A stretch of DNA of 64,000 nucleotides from NCBI GenBank assembly GCA_965215885.1, contig CBDCEW010000087.1:1-64000 (forward strand), written 5' to 3'. Every line of letters starts with the position of its first letter. Position 1 is the first letter of the stretch. This document shows positions 20,319-30,679 of this stretch, piece by piece. The notes under the pieces are model-generated. The model saw only the letters and a list, made by a program, of their open reading frames with translations, was not told the origin of the DNA and made no database searches. The position numbers and the translations under genes were made by a program. This DNA comes from Candidatus Moanibacter sp. GTDB lineage: Bacteria; Verrucomicrobiota; Verrucomicrobiia; Opitutales; UBA2987.

Positions 20319-20347
20319 CGCTGAGCGGGACCCGATGAGTAAGAGAA

Positions 20348-20532
20348 ACCACGGATTTCACGGATGGGCACGGATGGGGATTTAGATTGTGGGAAAGGGC
20401 GGCTCTACAAACGTGCGAACCTTTGACTCGATGCCTTCTTTTTTAGAGTTTTTCCGACACATGGCTTTGGCGAAATATTGCCAATGCTTCGGATGCTCTT
20501 TCTTATCCGTGTCCATCCGTGAAATCCGTGGT
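20348..20532. repeat. 28-bp CACGGAT-triplet inverted pair downstream of the GxxExxY gene
   Basis: 20348-20375 vs 20505-20532, 1 mismatch. Confidence 0.9.
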
Positions 20533-20611
20533 CTCTCTTCTATTGAGTTTAGCATCAATGCCTTATGAGTATTCGAATCATCCGTGGTTTCAATATTGTA
20601 CAAAGCCTGTT

Positions 20612-20937
20612 TTATCTTACGACTCTCTTCCATTTTAACTTTGCGTATTTGAAATTGAGAAGAAGGGCTAACTCTAGTCCCGTTATTGCTAGATATCCAA
20701 CCATCTTCGCAAGGTGCGCATCATTGAATTCGGTGACGACTTTGGGATCCACAACCACGAGTTCATCAACAATCAAGTCAGGTATGAGTTTCCCTATACG
20801 ATGACTCCTAAAATACACTGGATGCTGCTTTTGCTGGTCTATTTCGTGCCCCTTTTCTAATAGCAGAATCACCAACGCGTTTTCATAAAGTTTCTCATCG
20901 AGCCCTGGCTTGAGCTCATTTAGTACTGTCATTGCAC
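20612..20937 (-). pseudogene. GxxExxY protein, 3' part (5' part displaced to 36156-36201)
   Basis: GLDEKLY, PDLIVDELVVVDPK and LLLNF motifs. Confidence 0.9.
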
Positions 20938-22256
20938 CACTACTGTCCGGTTGTTTTTCTAGGAACGCAGGTTAATCGATTGATAACCAACATTTTACAT
21001 ATGATTTCTGCTGTTTTCGACTTGAAATTGCAAAAAGCCTTGTGGACTCTCAAAAATTTCGAGGGTCCAAATCATGTATACAGGTCGATTCGTTTTTTCT
21101 CAAATCATAGATTATCTTCCGCGCCATCAGTTCCATCGTTGCGTCCAACGCTACGGAGGCGACTACAAAGTTCAAAAGTTCAGTTGCTTCGAACAATTTC
21201 TCTGCATGGGTTTTGCCGAGTTGACCTACCGGGAGAGTCTGCGCGACATCGAAACCTGCCTGCGGGCAGTACAACCAAAACTATACCACGCAGGGATTCG
21301 AAGCGGAGTATCCAAAAGCACGCTCGCCGATGCCAACGAGAAACGAGACTGGCGCATCTACGCCGACTTTGCACAGGTCCTCATCGCAATGGCTCGTCCT
21401 TTGTATTCAAACGAGGATCTGGGCATCGACCTGGACAATACGCTCTACGCTCTGGACTCCACCACGATCGATCTATGTCTATCACTCTTCCCGTGGGCAC
21501 GTTTCCGCAAGCACAAGGGGGCGGTGAAGGTCCATACGCTTCTCGATCTCAGAGGCTCTATCCCTTATTTTATCGAGATTACCGATGGAAAAGTTCACGA
21601 CGTAAACATTCTGGATCTCATCATCCCCGAGGCCGGTGCTTACTATGTAATGGACCGAGCCTATCTGCATTACGAGCGCCTCTATCGGATCGCACAATGC
21701 GGTTCTTTCTTCGTCACACGCGCCCGCCGCGGCTTTCAGTTTCGCCGCCTCTACTCTCAAAAGGTCGACAAATCAACCGGTCTGCGTTCGGACCAGACCG
21801 TTGCCCTGGTCAGCTTCTATCCTGCCAAGGCCTACCCCGAAAGACTCCGGCGTATCACTTACCTCGACCCCGACAGTTCCGAGCGCTTCGTGTTTCTCAC
21901 CAACCAGTTTGCCCTCCCAGCCATAATCATCACCCAGATTTACCGTTTACGCTGGCAGATCGAATTGTTCTTCAAATGGATCAAACAGCACTTGCGCATC
22001 AAGAGCTTTTTCGGCACCTCCGAGAATGCTGTGAAGACTCAAATCTGGATTGCCGTCAGCGTCTATGTGCTCATCGCCATCATCCGCAAACGCCTTCGCC
22101 TGGAGATCAGTTTGCACAAAATCCTACAGATTCTCAGCTTCACCCTATTTGAGAAAACTCCTATGACTGAACTACTTACAGAAACCGATTACACTTTCAA
22201 TGAACACCGCATTCCTAAACAGTTGGAGTTGTTTGACTTATAACCGGACAGTACTG
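20938..22256 (+). mobile_element. IS4-family element, 1319 bp, copy 2
   Basis: Same TIRs as copy 1; flanks TCATTGCAC (left) and ACGTGGCAA (right). Confidence 0.95.
21074..22243 (+). CDS. IS4-family transposase
   Basis: One residue differs from 3081..4250. Confidence 0.95.
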   Translation: MYTGRFVFSQIIDYLPRHQFHRCVQRYGGDYKVQKFSCFEQFLCMGFAELTYRESLRDIETCLRAVQPKLYHAGIRSGVSKSTLADANEKRDWRIYADFAQVLIAMARPLYSNEDLGIDLDNTLYALDSTTIDLCLSLFPWARFRKHKGAVKVHTLLDLRGSIPYFIEITDGKVHDVNILDLIIPEAGAYYVMDRAYLHYERLYRIAQCGSFFVTRARRGFQFRRLYSQKVDKSTGLRSDQTVALVSFYPAKAYPERLRRITYLDPDSSERFVFLTNQFALPAIIITQIYRLRWQIELFFKWIKQHLRIKSFFGTSENAVKTQIWIAVSVYVLIAIIRKRLRLEISLHKILQILSFTLFEKTPMTELLTETDYTFNEHRIPKQLELFDL

Positions 22257-23213
22257 ACGTGGCAAGACTTCAGATTGCGTCGACTTACTTCGCTAGCGCG
22301 TTTGCCGTCTTCGCTGGTTGGAATACAGAATTCCTCCACGCCGGAACACCGGCTCTGCAGTCTGTGGAAGTGGCCGGGGGCTTCAGTCAACCTGTCGACA
22401 TTCAGAGTCCGGCCGATGGGACGAATCGCCTCTTCATCGTCGAAAGAAGCGGGGTTATCAAAATCCTGAAAGGCGAGGTCATCTTTGCGACTCCGTTTCT
22501 GGATATTTCCGATCGGGTGCCCGACGGCTTTGTCGAAGAGGGTTTGCTGGGTTTGGCCTTCCCGGCGGATTTCGCGTCAACCGGCCATTTTTACGTTAAT
22601 TACACAGTTGGCGCTATTTCCTCGGAAAGAGAGACAATAATCTCACGGTTTTCAATTCGCCAAATGAATCCCTACGAGGCGGATCCGGCATCTGAGGAGA
22701 TGCTTCTGAAAATTGATCGACCACAAGTCAATCACAACGGCGGCCAGTTGCAGTTCGGTCCCGATGGTTTCCTCTATATCGGCACCGGAGACGGCGGCGG
22801 TGCGGGAGATTCAGATAACCATGCTCAAGATCCGAGCGACCTTCTCGGAAAGATGCTGCGTATCGATGTCAGTGGCGACGACTTTCCCGCTGATTCAGAG
22901 AAGAATTATGCGATTCCCTCGGACAATCCATATGTTGAAGATACCAACGTGCTCGATGAGATTTGGGCATTAGGGCTGCGCAACCCGTGGCGTTTTTCCT
23001 TCGATCGGGAATCCGGAGAACTCTACATCGCCGACGTCGGGCAGGATGACTGGGAGGAGGTGAATCGGCAGGCAGCTGAAAGCGCCGGAGGGGAGAACTA
23101 TGGCTGGCGCGTGCATGAGGGAAACAGTGTATTTGATGACTCAGAGGTTTTGGGTCCAGGGACATTGACTTTTCCGGTGACGGAATACCCACGGTATTTT
23201 GATTCTCGGAGCA

Positions 23214-23645
23214 TTAGGTGATGATATTGATGGCCTTATGTAAGTTAAAGACGAAATCATCACAGAGTGCGGGAGTGGATTCAGCGCCCATGGAAGACTT
23301 GAGGCTGAGAACCAGTTGCCTGCATGCAGCAAGAATTCTGGCTGCGTTATGATTACGGATCATACATCGATCTTCATCGAAGAAGCGATCCCTGGGGTAA
23401 TGATTTTTATTTTCGATCGAGCAATGGTTGCGAATTTTCGAGAGGAACTGTTGAGGGCTCAAATCGGCGGGATCGAGACTGCTTACGTAGTAAGAGCGTT
23501 CAGAGGAAGGTTCAGCTTTGTTTGGATAATGGAAGGTGCGTTGCACACAGGCGAACTGGCGGGCATGGGGCAGGCCGGCAGAGGGAGCGCTTAGAGAATG
23601 GGTTGCTATTTGACGTATTTCGAGTCGCCCATGGTCATTGTCCAC
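23214..23645 (-). CDS. ISAs1 transposase C-terminal part
   Basis: Identical protein to 16822..17253. Confidence 0.8.
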   Translation of the reverse strand: MDNDHGRLEIRQIATHSLSAPSAGLPHARQFACVQRTFHYPNKAEPSSERSYYVSSLDPADLSPQQFLSKIRNHCSIENKNHYPRDRFFDEDRCMIRNHNAARILAACRQLVLSLKSSMGAESTPALCDDFVFNLHKAINIIT

Positions 23646-24988
23646 GGTTTGGTGGAGAAAAAGGGGGTGGAGCTGAAGAGATTCTGAGCGTATTGATGCA
23701 TGTTGGGCTGATTGTCTTTAATTTGAATAACATAGTCAGCACTGAGTTCTTCGACGACGATGTGGGCAGTTTCTTTTTGATTATGCATGGCGTCGAAGGT
23801 GAAGGTGGAGCCGTCCAAAATGGGCATCTTTCGCAAGAGAGTCTGGGCGGCGGTGATCTCGTTGGATTTATCGGCGGTAGCGACTTGGGCTAAGGTTTGA
23901 GCGCTTTGGTGATCGACTGCGGCCACCAGGTGCAGAGCCTTTGATTCTTCGGTGTTTGTGCCTTTGAGGGTCTTGCCGTCGACGGCAATATCGCGGGGCA
24001 AACAGCCGTCTTGTAAGCAGATGAATTCGGTGAGGGTTTTATCGAAGAGCTCGGCCTTTACGTTTTGCAAGACCCGATAGAAGACATCATAGCAAGGGGC
24101 CTTATAGCGGCCTGTTTTGGGGTTTTTCCAGGAGCGTAAGGCGCGCAATTGGGCTTGATTGAGATGATGGGCCAGGCGCACGATGCCCTTGAGGGTCTGT
24201 TTGCCGCACATCGTGCCGAGCACAATCATGCTCAGGACCGTGGCGAGCCGATATCTAAGGCCCGCTTTACGACGGAAGTCTTCTATCTGATTGAAGCGTT
24301 CCCACAGGCTGCTCATCTGTTCCACTTTGAGGCAGACCGCATGGGAGTTATCGGTTTCATTGAGCGCCTGGCTCTGTGCCGCGGGCAATGGCCCTGAAGC
24401 GCGCAAAAGCTCAAGGGCATTAGCCTTGAGGGGTTTGACCCAGATCTGCTTGGGACGCTCATGGCGTTGATAGAAATCTTCGCGTTGGCGGCCATATCCC
24501 GCGCTCAAGCCCAAGGGCGTCCACCCGCTCGCTTCGTAGCAAGTGCCCCGGTGAATCTGTGGGTCCACGAACGTTTCCGCTACTAAGGGACGATAGCCAA
24601 AAGCCTCCTGCCAGTGATCGGCTAAGACTCTCAGGCACATACCCAACGTCTTGGAGGCCAAATTTGCAAGATCCACCCCGGGCAAAATCAGAAAACGCCG
24701 GTTCTGTACTACCAGTTTCAATCGTGCATGCCGTTGCGCCCCGTCCCACCCGATCCATTCGTCTCGATCCTTCAGCCGGTAGGATGCGGCCCCCCACAAG
24801 AGCAGGCCCATCCATTGCCCGTCGATCTGCGCCACATAGCGCAGGGTCTCTCCTGCGCTGCCCGCACTGTGTAAATAATGATGTTGTTTCAATAGATCAT
24901 TGAATCGCTCCTGCTCTTCGGGCAGGACCAGACGCAGAGTTAAACGATCTATCGAAGGATTCAGTTGGTAAGATTTTTTGTCTTTCAT
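23606..24988 (-). CDS. DUF4338-ISAs1 transposase fusion
   Basis: Identical protein to 15479..16861. Confidence 0.88.
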   Translation of the reverse strand: MKDKKSYQLNPSIDRLTLRLVLPEEQERFNDLLKQHHYLHSAGSAGETLRYVAQIDGQWMGLLLWGAASYRLKDRDEWIGWDGAQRHARLKLVVQNRRFLILPGVDLANLASKTLGMCLRVLADHWQEAFGYRPLVAETFVDPQIHRGTCYEASGWTPLGLSAGYGRQREDFYQRHERPKQIWVKPLKANALELLRASGPLPAAQSQALNETDNSHAVCLKVEQMSSLWERFNQIEDFRRKAGLRYRLATVLSMIVLGTMCGKQTLKGIVRLAHHLNQAQLRALRSWKNPKTGRYKAPCYDVFYRVLQNVKAELFDKTLTEFICLQDGCLPRDIAVDGKTLKGTNTEESKALHLVAAVDHQSAQTLAQVATADKSNEITAAQTLLRKMPILDGSTFTFDAMHNQKETAHIVVEELSADYVIQIKDNQPNMHQYAQNLFSSTPFFSTKPWTMTMGDSKYVK

Positions 24989-26517
24989 CCCATCTTAACA
25001 TGACTGATTCCCTCGGGTTTGTTTAGCTCTTTTTTTATCTTCTTGCTTATCAGCTAGTTGCTTCCTGGAATCCTTTTACCCTGACGGAATACCAGCATGC
25101 GAGCGAAAATAGTTGCTCCATCACGGGCGGTTATGTTTACCGGGGCGTTCGTTTTCCCCGCATGCAGGGACGCTACTTCTTTGGAGACTACTGTTCCGGA
25201 AAGATCTGGAGCCTGCATCACGACGGCATGCTGTGGGTGAGGGAAGAGCTGTTGGATACGACTTTCAGTATCAGCACTTTCGGTGAGGATGAAGCGAAGA
25301 ATCTATACTTTGCCGACTTCAATGACGGTAGGATTTATCGCCTGTTTGACAGTGTCGAGAGCCTTCCCGAGTCACCGGAAGTGGAATTAAGGGCGATCGC
25401 AAGCGCTCTTAACACTCCTACCGATATCCGGCACGCTGGAGATGGTAGTGGCCGTCTGTTTGTTACCGAGCTCGCCGGCCGGATCAGGATTGTAAGAGAG
25501 TCAGGTCTTAGCTGCATCATTTCTGGATATTACCGACCGCGTGAAGCATGTTGAAAGCGAAGACGGTCTTTATAGCGTTGCTTTCCCACCGAGATTCTTG
25601 GGAAACGGTCATTTCTATGTTTCGTATTCGCGGGATGACGGCAGCGGAGGATGGGAATCTGTAGTCTCGCGGTTTCAGGTGGGCGCCAATCCCGATGTCG
25701 CTGATGTAAATTCCGAAGAGATTCTGCTGATCGTGGATCAGGAAATTTGGTTCCATAATGTCTGGCAGATTCAATTCGGACCGGACGGTTATATGTATGT
25801 CTCGTCGGGTGACGGAGGGCCGCAGCAAGATCAGTTCGATTTCGGTCAAAATCCTCTCTCAATGCGCGGTAAGATCCTCCGCATTGATTCCGAAAGCGTC
25901 CCACCCCAGGGGGAGAATTATGCCATCCCGGCTGACAATCCCTTCGTGGGCGATCCCGGTGTGCTCGATGAAATCTGGGCTTTGGGGTTGCGCAGCCCCT
26001 GGCGAATCGCTTTCGATCGTGGGACCGGTGATCTCTACGTGAGCGACGTGGGACAGAGCGATTGGGAAGAGCTGAATTTTCAGACGGCGTCGAGTGCCGG
26101 GGGCGAGAATTACGGATGGAGAGTGTTCGAAGGAAACCATGATTTTAATGATGCTTTTGGCTTAGGTGCCGGCAATCTCACGTTTCCGATTTACGAGTAT
26201 GAACACATCTCCGGAGACTGTGCTATCATCGGGGGCTATGTTTATCGTGGAAAGCTGTATCCGCGAATGCATGGAAGGTACTTTTACGCAAACTATTGTT
26301 CAGGACGAATCTGGAGTACGAGTCGTTTGAATGGCGAATGGATCACTGAGGAGCTTCTTGACTCGGCCTTTTCGATTAACACTTTCGGCGAGGATGAAGC
26401 CGGGAATCTCTATTTGGCCGATATTGAAGGAGTGATCTACCATTTAGGCGATGATGATGAGAATACCGTTCTCTCCGTATCTGAAGTTGAAAGGGATGCC
26501 GGCGGAGATTTCCAATT

Positions 26518-28893
26518 TCAGAACTCGCTATCATGCGGGTTGGCGGGCAGGGGGCAATCGCAGATACAATTCCCGGCTTTTAAGAGCTAAAGAAAACGGT
26601 AGGCTTCATCTTCGAACCATCAAATTCGAAGAAAAATGGAGAAACCTACCGTCAAAGAAGAGACCTTCTTACAGTGCATCCTTGGAGTGGACAAGGGTAA
26701 TCCCTCGATCACGGTCTATCGGGATCTGAGCGAAGGCAAACTGCACGTCTATTACGGGCATGAGCTTTTTGAAGTCGTAGAGGACGATCGGGAGCAAGTT
26801 GAATTCAAGCTATTGGTGGGGCGCCTCTACAATGCGGGGTTGAAGAAAGGGCGCTTAGAGAAGCAATTTGAGGTTGACCCCAAACCGATGAAGCGGTGGG
26901 GGGAGGCGCTTCAAAGCGGAGATGCCGAGACCTTAGCGCGAGTGCTGGCGGGACGCAGCGCTCATCGCAAATTGACGAGGGAAATCCGGAGTTTTGTGCG
27001 GGTGCGCTTCGGGCAGATCTATGGGGAGAGTCGGTATGGCTACAGCAAGAAGATACGGGGGGAGATCGAGGAGGTGTTCGGAGTTAACCTCAGTGGGGAA
27101 ACTTTGCGCCCTGTCTTTAAGGAGCTTAAAGAGGCCCGGGCAAAGGAGGCCGAAGCCGAGAGGGCGCAAAATCGGGAGACTCCCTGGGATTGCCCGGAGG
27201 ACTCGGGGAGGGACGAACAGGAGCAAGAAGCAGAAAATAGCCCCGAAAGCGAAGGGGACAATCGCAAGGGGTCTCCCGATTTTTCGAGGGAGAGCTCCGA
27301 AGCGGTGCAATGGTATCGGCACCTGGGAGTACTTCTGTTCAGTGCCGCGCTCAGAGAAGTCGCTCAGATTGATCGCGAAGAGGGCTGGCTTTTGAAACAA
27401 TGGGTGGCTTGCGGGTTGTTGGCCGCGGTCAATAGCGAGCAGAGCAAACTGCTCGATCTCGAAGACCTGCAAAAACTCATCGGGCGAGTCCTGTATACCC
27501 CCTATCTGCAACGCCAAAGCCTTAGCGCCCTGGCCGATGAAGGGCTTTTAAGAGAGATCCTCAGAGTGAACGCGAGGGGCCTGAATGCTTCGGATGAAGA
27601 GAGCTTTTATTATGATCCGCACACCAAACATTACACCGGAATGAGCAAGGTGCTGGCGGGATGGTGTCCGGGTATCCGTCTGGCCGACAAAGCGCTCCAC
27701 AGCGATTTTATTCATACCCTCAAGGGCTATCCGATCTATTTTGCGAGTACCGACAACTATGAGGATATAAGGGAACGGTTTATCCCCAACTGCGAAGCGA
27801 TGCTCGAGCTGGTGCAGTTGCCGGCTGATAAGAAGGTGAGCATTTACGTGGACCGGGCGATCGCCGCGGAGTGGTTTTACGAAGCCATCGTGGAGCATCC
27901 TCAACTCGAAATCATTACCTGGGAAAAAGGTTACAAGGCCAGCGCCCAGCCCCTCCAACGGATCGACGGGCAGTTGCGCCTGCAGCGCGCGCGCAACCAT
28001 GCCGAAGATCTCCAGGAGTATCATCTTCGCTATCAGCGGGGCCCCTGGAAGAAAAATCCTCAACTGGTGCAGTGGATCGTGGAGGCGACCAATCCAAAAA
28101 ATCGAACCATTACCGTGAGCATCCTGGCGACCGATCAGCAGGCCCGAAATGAAGAGGTAATCAAAGGGATGTTCAGTCGCTGGATTCAGGAGAATGACTT
28201 CAAATACCTCGATAAGCACTTTGGGATTAATCAGATCACCTCTTATCGCACCGTCCACTACAAGCGATTAGCCCAACACCTTGAGGACAAGCAGGAGAAA
28301 AGCGGTGCCGCCAAAGCCCTCCTGAAGCAAAAACAGCAATGCACCGAAGAATTGAAAAGACTGCTCCTGGCCGAGCATGCCCACCCGGGCAAAAGCGCCT
28401 CAAGGGGCGAAAAGATCCGTCGACTCGATCAGGCCCTCAAAGCCCTCCAACTCGAACTGGAGCAAATCGACACCGAATGCTCGAGGCTGCAGCGCCTCAT
28501 TGATGAAAACTATGTCCGCCTGGACACCGCTAACAAGTCCCTCATGGATGCCTTGAAAATCTTCGCCCGTAACAGCTTCTACAAGCAGCTCGAACCCTTT
28601 AAAGCTCGCTACAACAACTATCGTGACGACCACGATCTGTTTCGCAATTTGACTCACAGTGACGGCGTTCTTATAGAGAGGGGCTGTGCGGTCGAAGCGC
28701 ATTTATTCCCCACCGCAACTTATCCCCCTCGGGTGCAGGCGGTGGTGCTTGAGTATCTGCAAACTCTCAATGAGAAGCCCTTACTGATGCCCGACGGTTC
28801 AGGCCGAAGAATCATCTTCCGACTGGGCAAAAAATCGGGATTTAAACTTGCGATTGCATAGTGCCTTTAGAGGGGCAATATAGTGAGGTCTGA
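26518..28893 (+). mobile_element. 2376-bp IS of uncertain family, copy 2
   Basis: Same TIRs as copy 1; 3-bp TSD ATT; empty site in the left arm near 13950. Confidence 0.93.
26636..28861 (+). CDS. Putative large DDE transposase (741 aa)
   Basis: A few substitutions relative to 9692..11917. Confidence 0.85.
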   Translation: MEKPTVKEETFLQCILGVDKGNPSITVYRDLSEGKLHVYYGHELFEVVEDDREQVEFKLLVGRLYNAGLKKGRLEKQFEVDPKPMKRWGEALQSGDAETLARVLAGRSAHRKLTREIRSFVRVRFGQIYGESRYGYSKKIRGEIEEVFGVNLSGETLRPVFKELKEARAKEAEAERAQNRETPWDCPEDSGRDEQEQEAENSPESEGDNRKGSPDFSRESSEAVQWYRHLGVLLFSAALREVAQIDREEGWLLKQWVACGLLAAVNSEQSKLLDLEDLQKLIGRVLYTPYLQRQSLSALADEGLLREILRVNARGLNASDEESFYYDPHTKHYTGMSKVLAGWCPGIRLADKALHSDFIHTLKGYPIYFASTDNYEDIRERFIPNCEAMLELVQLPADKKVSIYVDRAIAAEWFYEAIVEHPQLEIITWEKGYKASAQPLQRIDGQLRLQRARNHAEDLQEYHLRYQRGPWKKNPQLVQWIVEATNPKNRTITVSILATDQQARNEEVIKGMFSRWIQENDFKYLDKHFGINQITSYRTVHYKRLAQHLEDKQEKSGAAKALLKQKQQCTEELKRLLLAEHAHPGKSASRGEKIRRLDQALKALQLELEQIDTECSRLQRLIDENYVRLDTANKSLMDALKIFARNSFYKQLEPFKARYNNYRDDHDLFRNLTHSDGVLIERGCAVEAHLFPTATYPPRVQAVVLEYLQTLNEKPLLMPDGSGRRIIFRLGKKSGFKLAIA

Positions 28894-29549
28894 ATTTACG
28901 TTCCAGACAATTCCCGGTCGAACCATGCAGGTTCAAGTCACGCCCGAGTTAGGATTGCCCTGGCAGGATATAGGGGCAGCAATCCAGGGCAATGGTACGG
29001 CTTATACCTTTACCGATACTTCGATCGTTCTGGAAAACGAAAATCGACGCTTTTACCGGGCTGTTGTGTTGGATTAGCCCTCACCGTAATCCAAAACGGT
29101 GTCATTGCGAGACCCGCGAAGCGGGGCGTGGCAATCAAGAGAGGGATGCGTGGATTCTTAAATGCCTCTGGATCGCCGCGCCTCCCTGTGGTCGGCTCGC
29201 GATGACATATAGCCGGGAACTTTGCCCAAGAATATCGCAGGGTTCTCTGCCACAAGGCTGTGTGTCGCCACTGAGGCGATCTCCGAGTAAAGAAAACGTT
29301 GGCCGGATGTCCCGAAGATCGCTTGCTAATCAGGCGAGAACGTAACATTAGGGCGGTAGAGGAGGGGCGACCCACCCCTTGCCCCTCCCAGGAGGGGATC
29401 TTTTCACTTTGGACCTAATTAATAAGGTTCCCCTCCTGCGGAGGGCTTCGGCCGTGAGCTCAGCCGAACGGGTTAGGGGTGGGTTTACTCCGAGGCAGAT
29501 CGTCACCTCAATAGCCGGCCTTCTGAACCGCAGGAAGGCACCTAAGGTT

Positions 29550-30527
29550 TCACCCACCCAACTCAAGTTCGTCAATTCTGGCTGCGATTCTCTCTGCTGA
29601 GCGTCCGTCCGTAAATTCGCCATACAATTGGTGCCGGTAGTAAGAGCGCCTGTCCTTTCGACGTTCAGGATGTTCCAAAGCCCGTTGAACGGCGTTAGGC
29701 AAATCACTGAGGTCCTCAACCTCCTCCGCGAGGTCACGCCATTGCCATTCGATGCCTTTGGGATCGAAATGGGAAGTGCCGAATCGTTTAGGATTATTGA
29801 TCAGGATAATGGGCCGGTTTAGGGCGAGGAATTGAAAGACGACACTTGAAGCATCGCTGATCAGCACGTCCGCCCTCTGCAGGTAGGGTGCAACGTCGGC
29901 GGCTTTGTCCTCTACCAGGGAAACATTTGGATTCGAATCGGCCAGATTTTTCCACGACGCGATCCAATTCGGCTGGCGTTCGTAGATGACGGGGTGCGGC
30001 TTGATTACGATGCAAATTGATTCGTTGTCCTTTCGGAGCAACCCGACAAGCCTCTCCCCAAGCATGGGGGCGGAAGAGAGGTGCTCGTTCCAGGTGGGAG
30101 CGTAGATCACTGTTTTTCCAGCGTTGGGAATCTCTATGGGCAAGGAAAGAAGCTCATCGCGGAAAAGGGGATCGGTCTGCACGTAACCGGTAACCCAAAA
30201 TTCGCGGCGTGGATGGCCGCCGTGTTTAATGTACCAATCCCTGCTCGCCTCGCTCGTTAGACAAGCGTAATCGGAAACCCGGGAGTCGTAGCAGCTCGTA
30301 TTCTTGCTAATCAGACCGTGGCGAGTCCAGACGAAGACCGCCTGCGGAATGCGGTTGCGCAGCAGTGCGGCCTGTGACTCAGAGATAACGACGACATCGG
30401 GGTTGAAATCCCTCAACTCTTTCAACAATTGGGTAAGCAGGACTTCGTGATTCTCTCTCAAGACATCAAAGATCGGTCTCAGTATGTTGTAATGGTACCG
30501 CTGATTCATATGCAGGGCAATCCGCAA
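29550..30527 (-). CDS. CDP-glycerol glycerophosphotransferase domain
   Basis: Mirror of 12317..13294. Confidence 0.85.
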   Translation of the reverse strand: MRIALHMNQRYHYNILRPIFDVLRENHEVLLTQLLKELRDFNPDVVVISESQAALLRNRIPQAVFVWTRHGLISKNTSCYDSRVSDYACLTSEASRDWYIKHGGHPRREFWVTGYVQTDPLFRDELLSLPIEIPNAGKTVIYAPTWNEHLSSAPMLGERLVGLLRKDNESICIVIKPHPVIYERQPNWIASWKNLADSNPNVSLVEDKAADVAPYLQRADVLISDASSVVFQFLALNRPIILINNPKRFGTSHFDPKGIEWQWRDLAEEVEDLSDLPNAVQRALEHPERRKDRRSYYRHQLYGEFTDGRSAERIAARIDELELGG

Positions 30528-30679
30528 ACCTTTCCTGGACTGGTCCGATGACTCCCTTCTCGATACAGCCGCTCGAACGCTCGCATGAGCGGCTAGATAG
30601 TAGCCGTTTTCGGGTTCGAACTCCAGCGCTTGTTTTATCTTGGAAGACGCCTCTTCATATTGTCCGAACGATTTCGCAA

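Larger units (their letters stand above)
23190..25083 (-). mobile_element. ISAs1-like element, copy 2
   Basis: 10-bp TSD ACGGAATACC at 23180-23189 and 25084-25093. Confidence 0.92.
22259..29077 (+). pseudogene. Two-domain PQQ-dependent sugar dehydrogenase gene, broken by ISAs1, a 2-bp deletion (~25500) and the 2376-bp IS
   Basis: Segments 22259-23189, 25084-26517 and 28894-29077 rejoin; two GSDH repeats (HNGGQLQFGPDG…GLRNPWR; FGPDG…GLRSPWR), an N-terminal signal-like peptide and a C-terminal RRFYRAVVLD. Confidence 0.88.
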
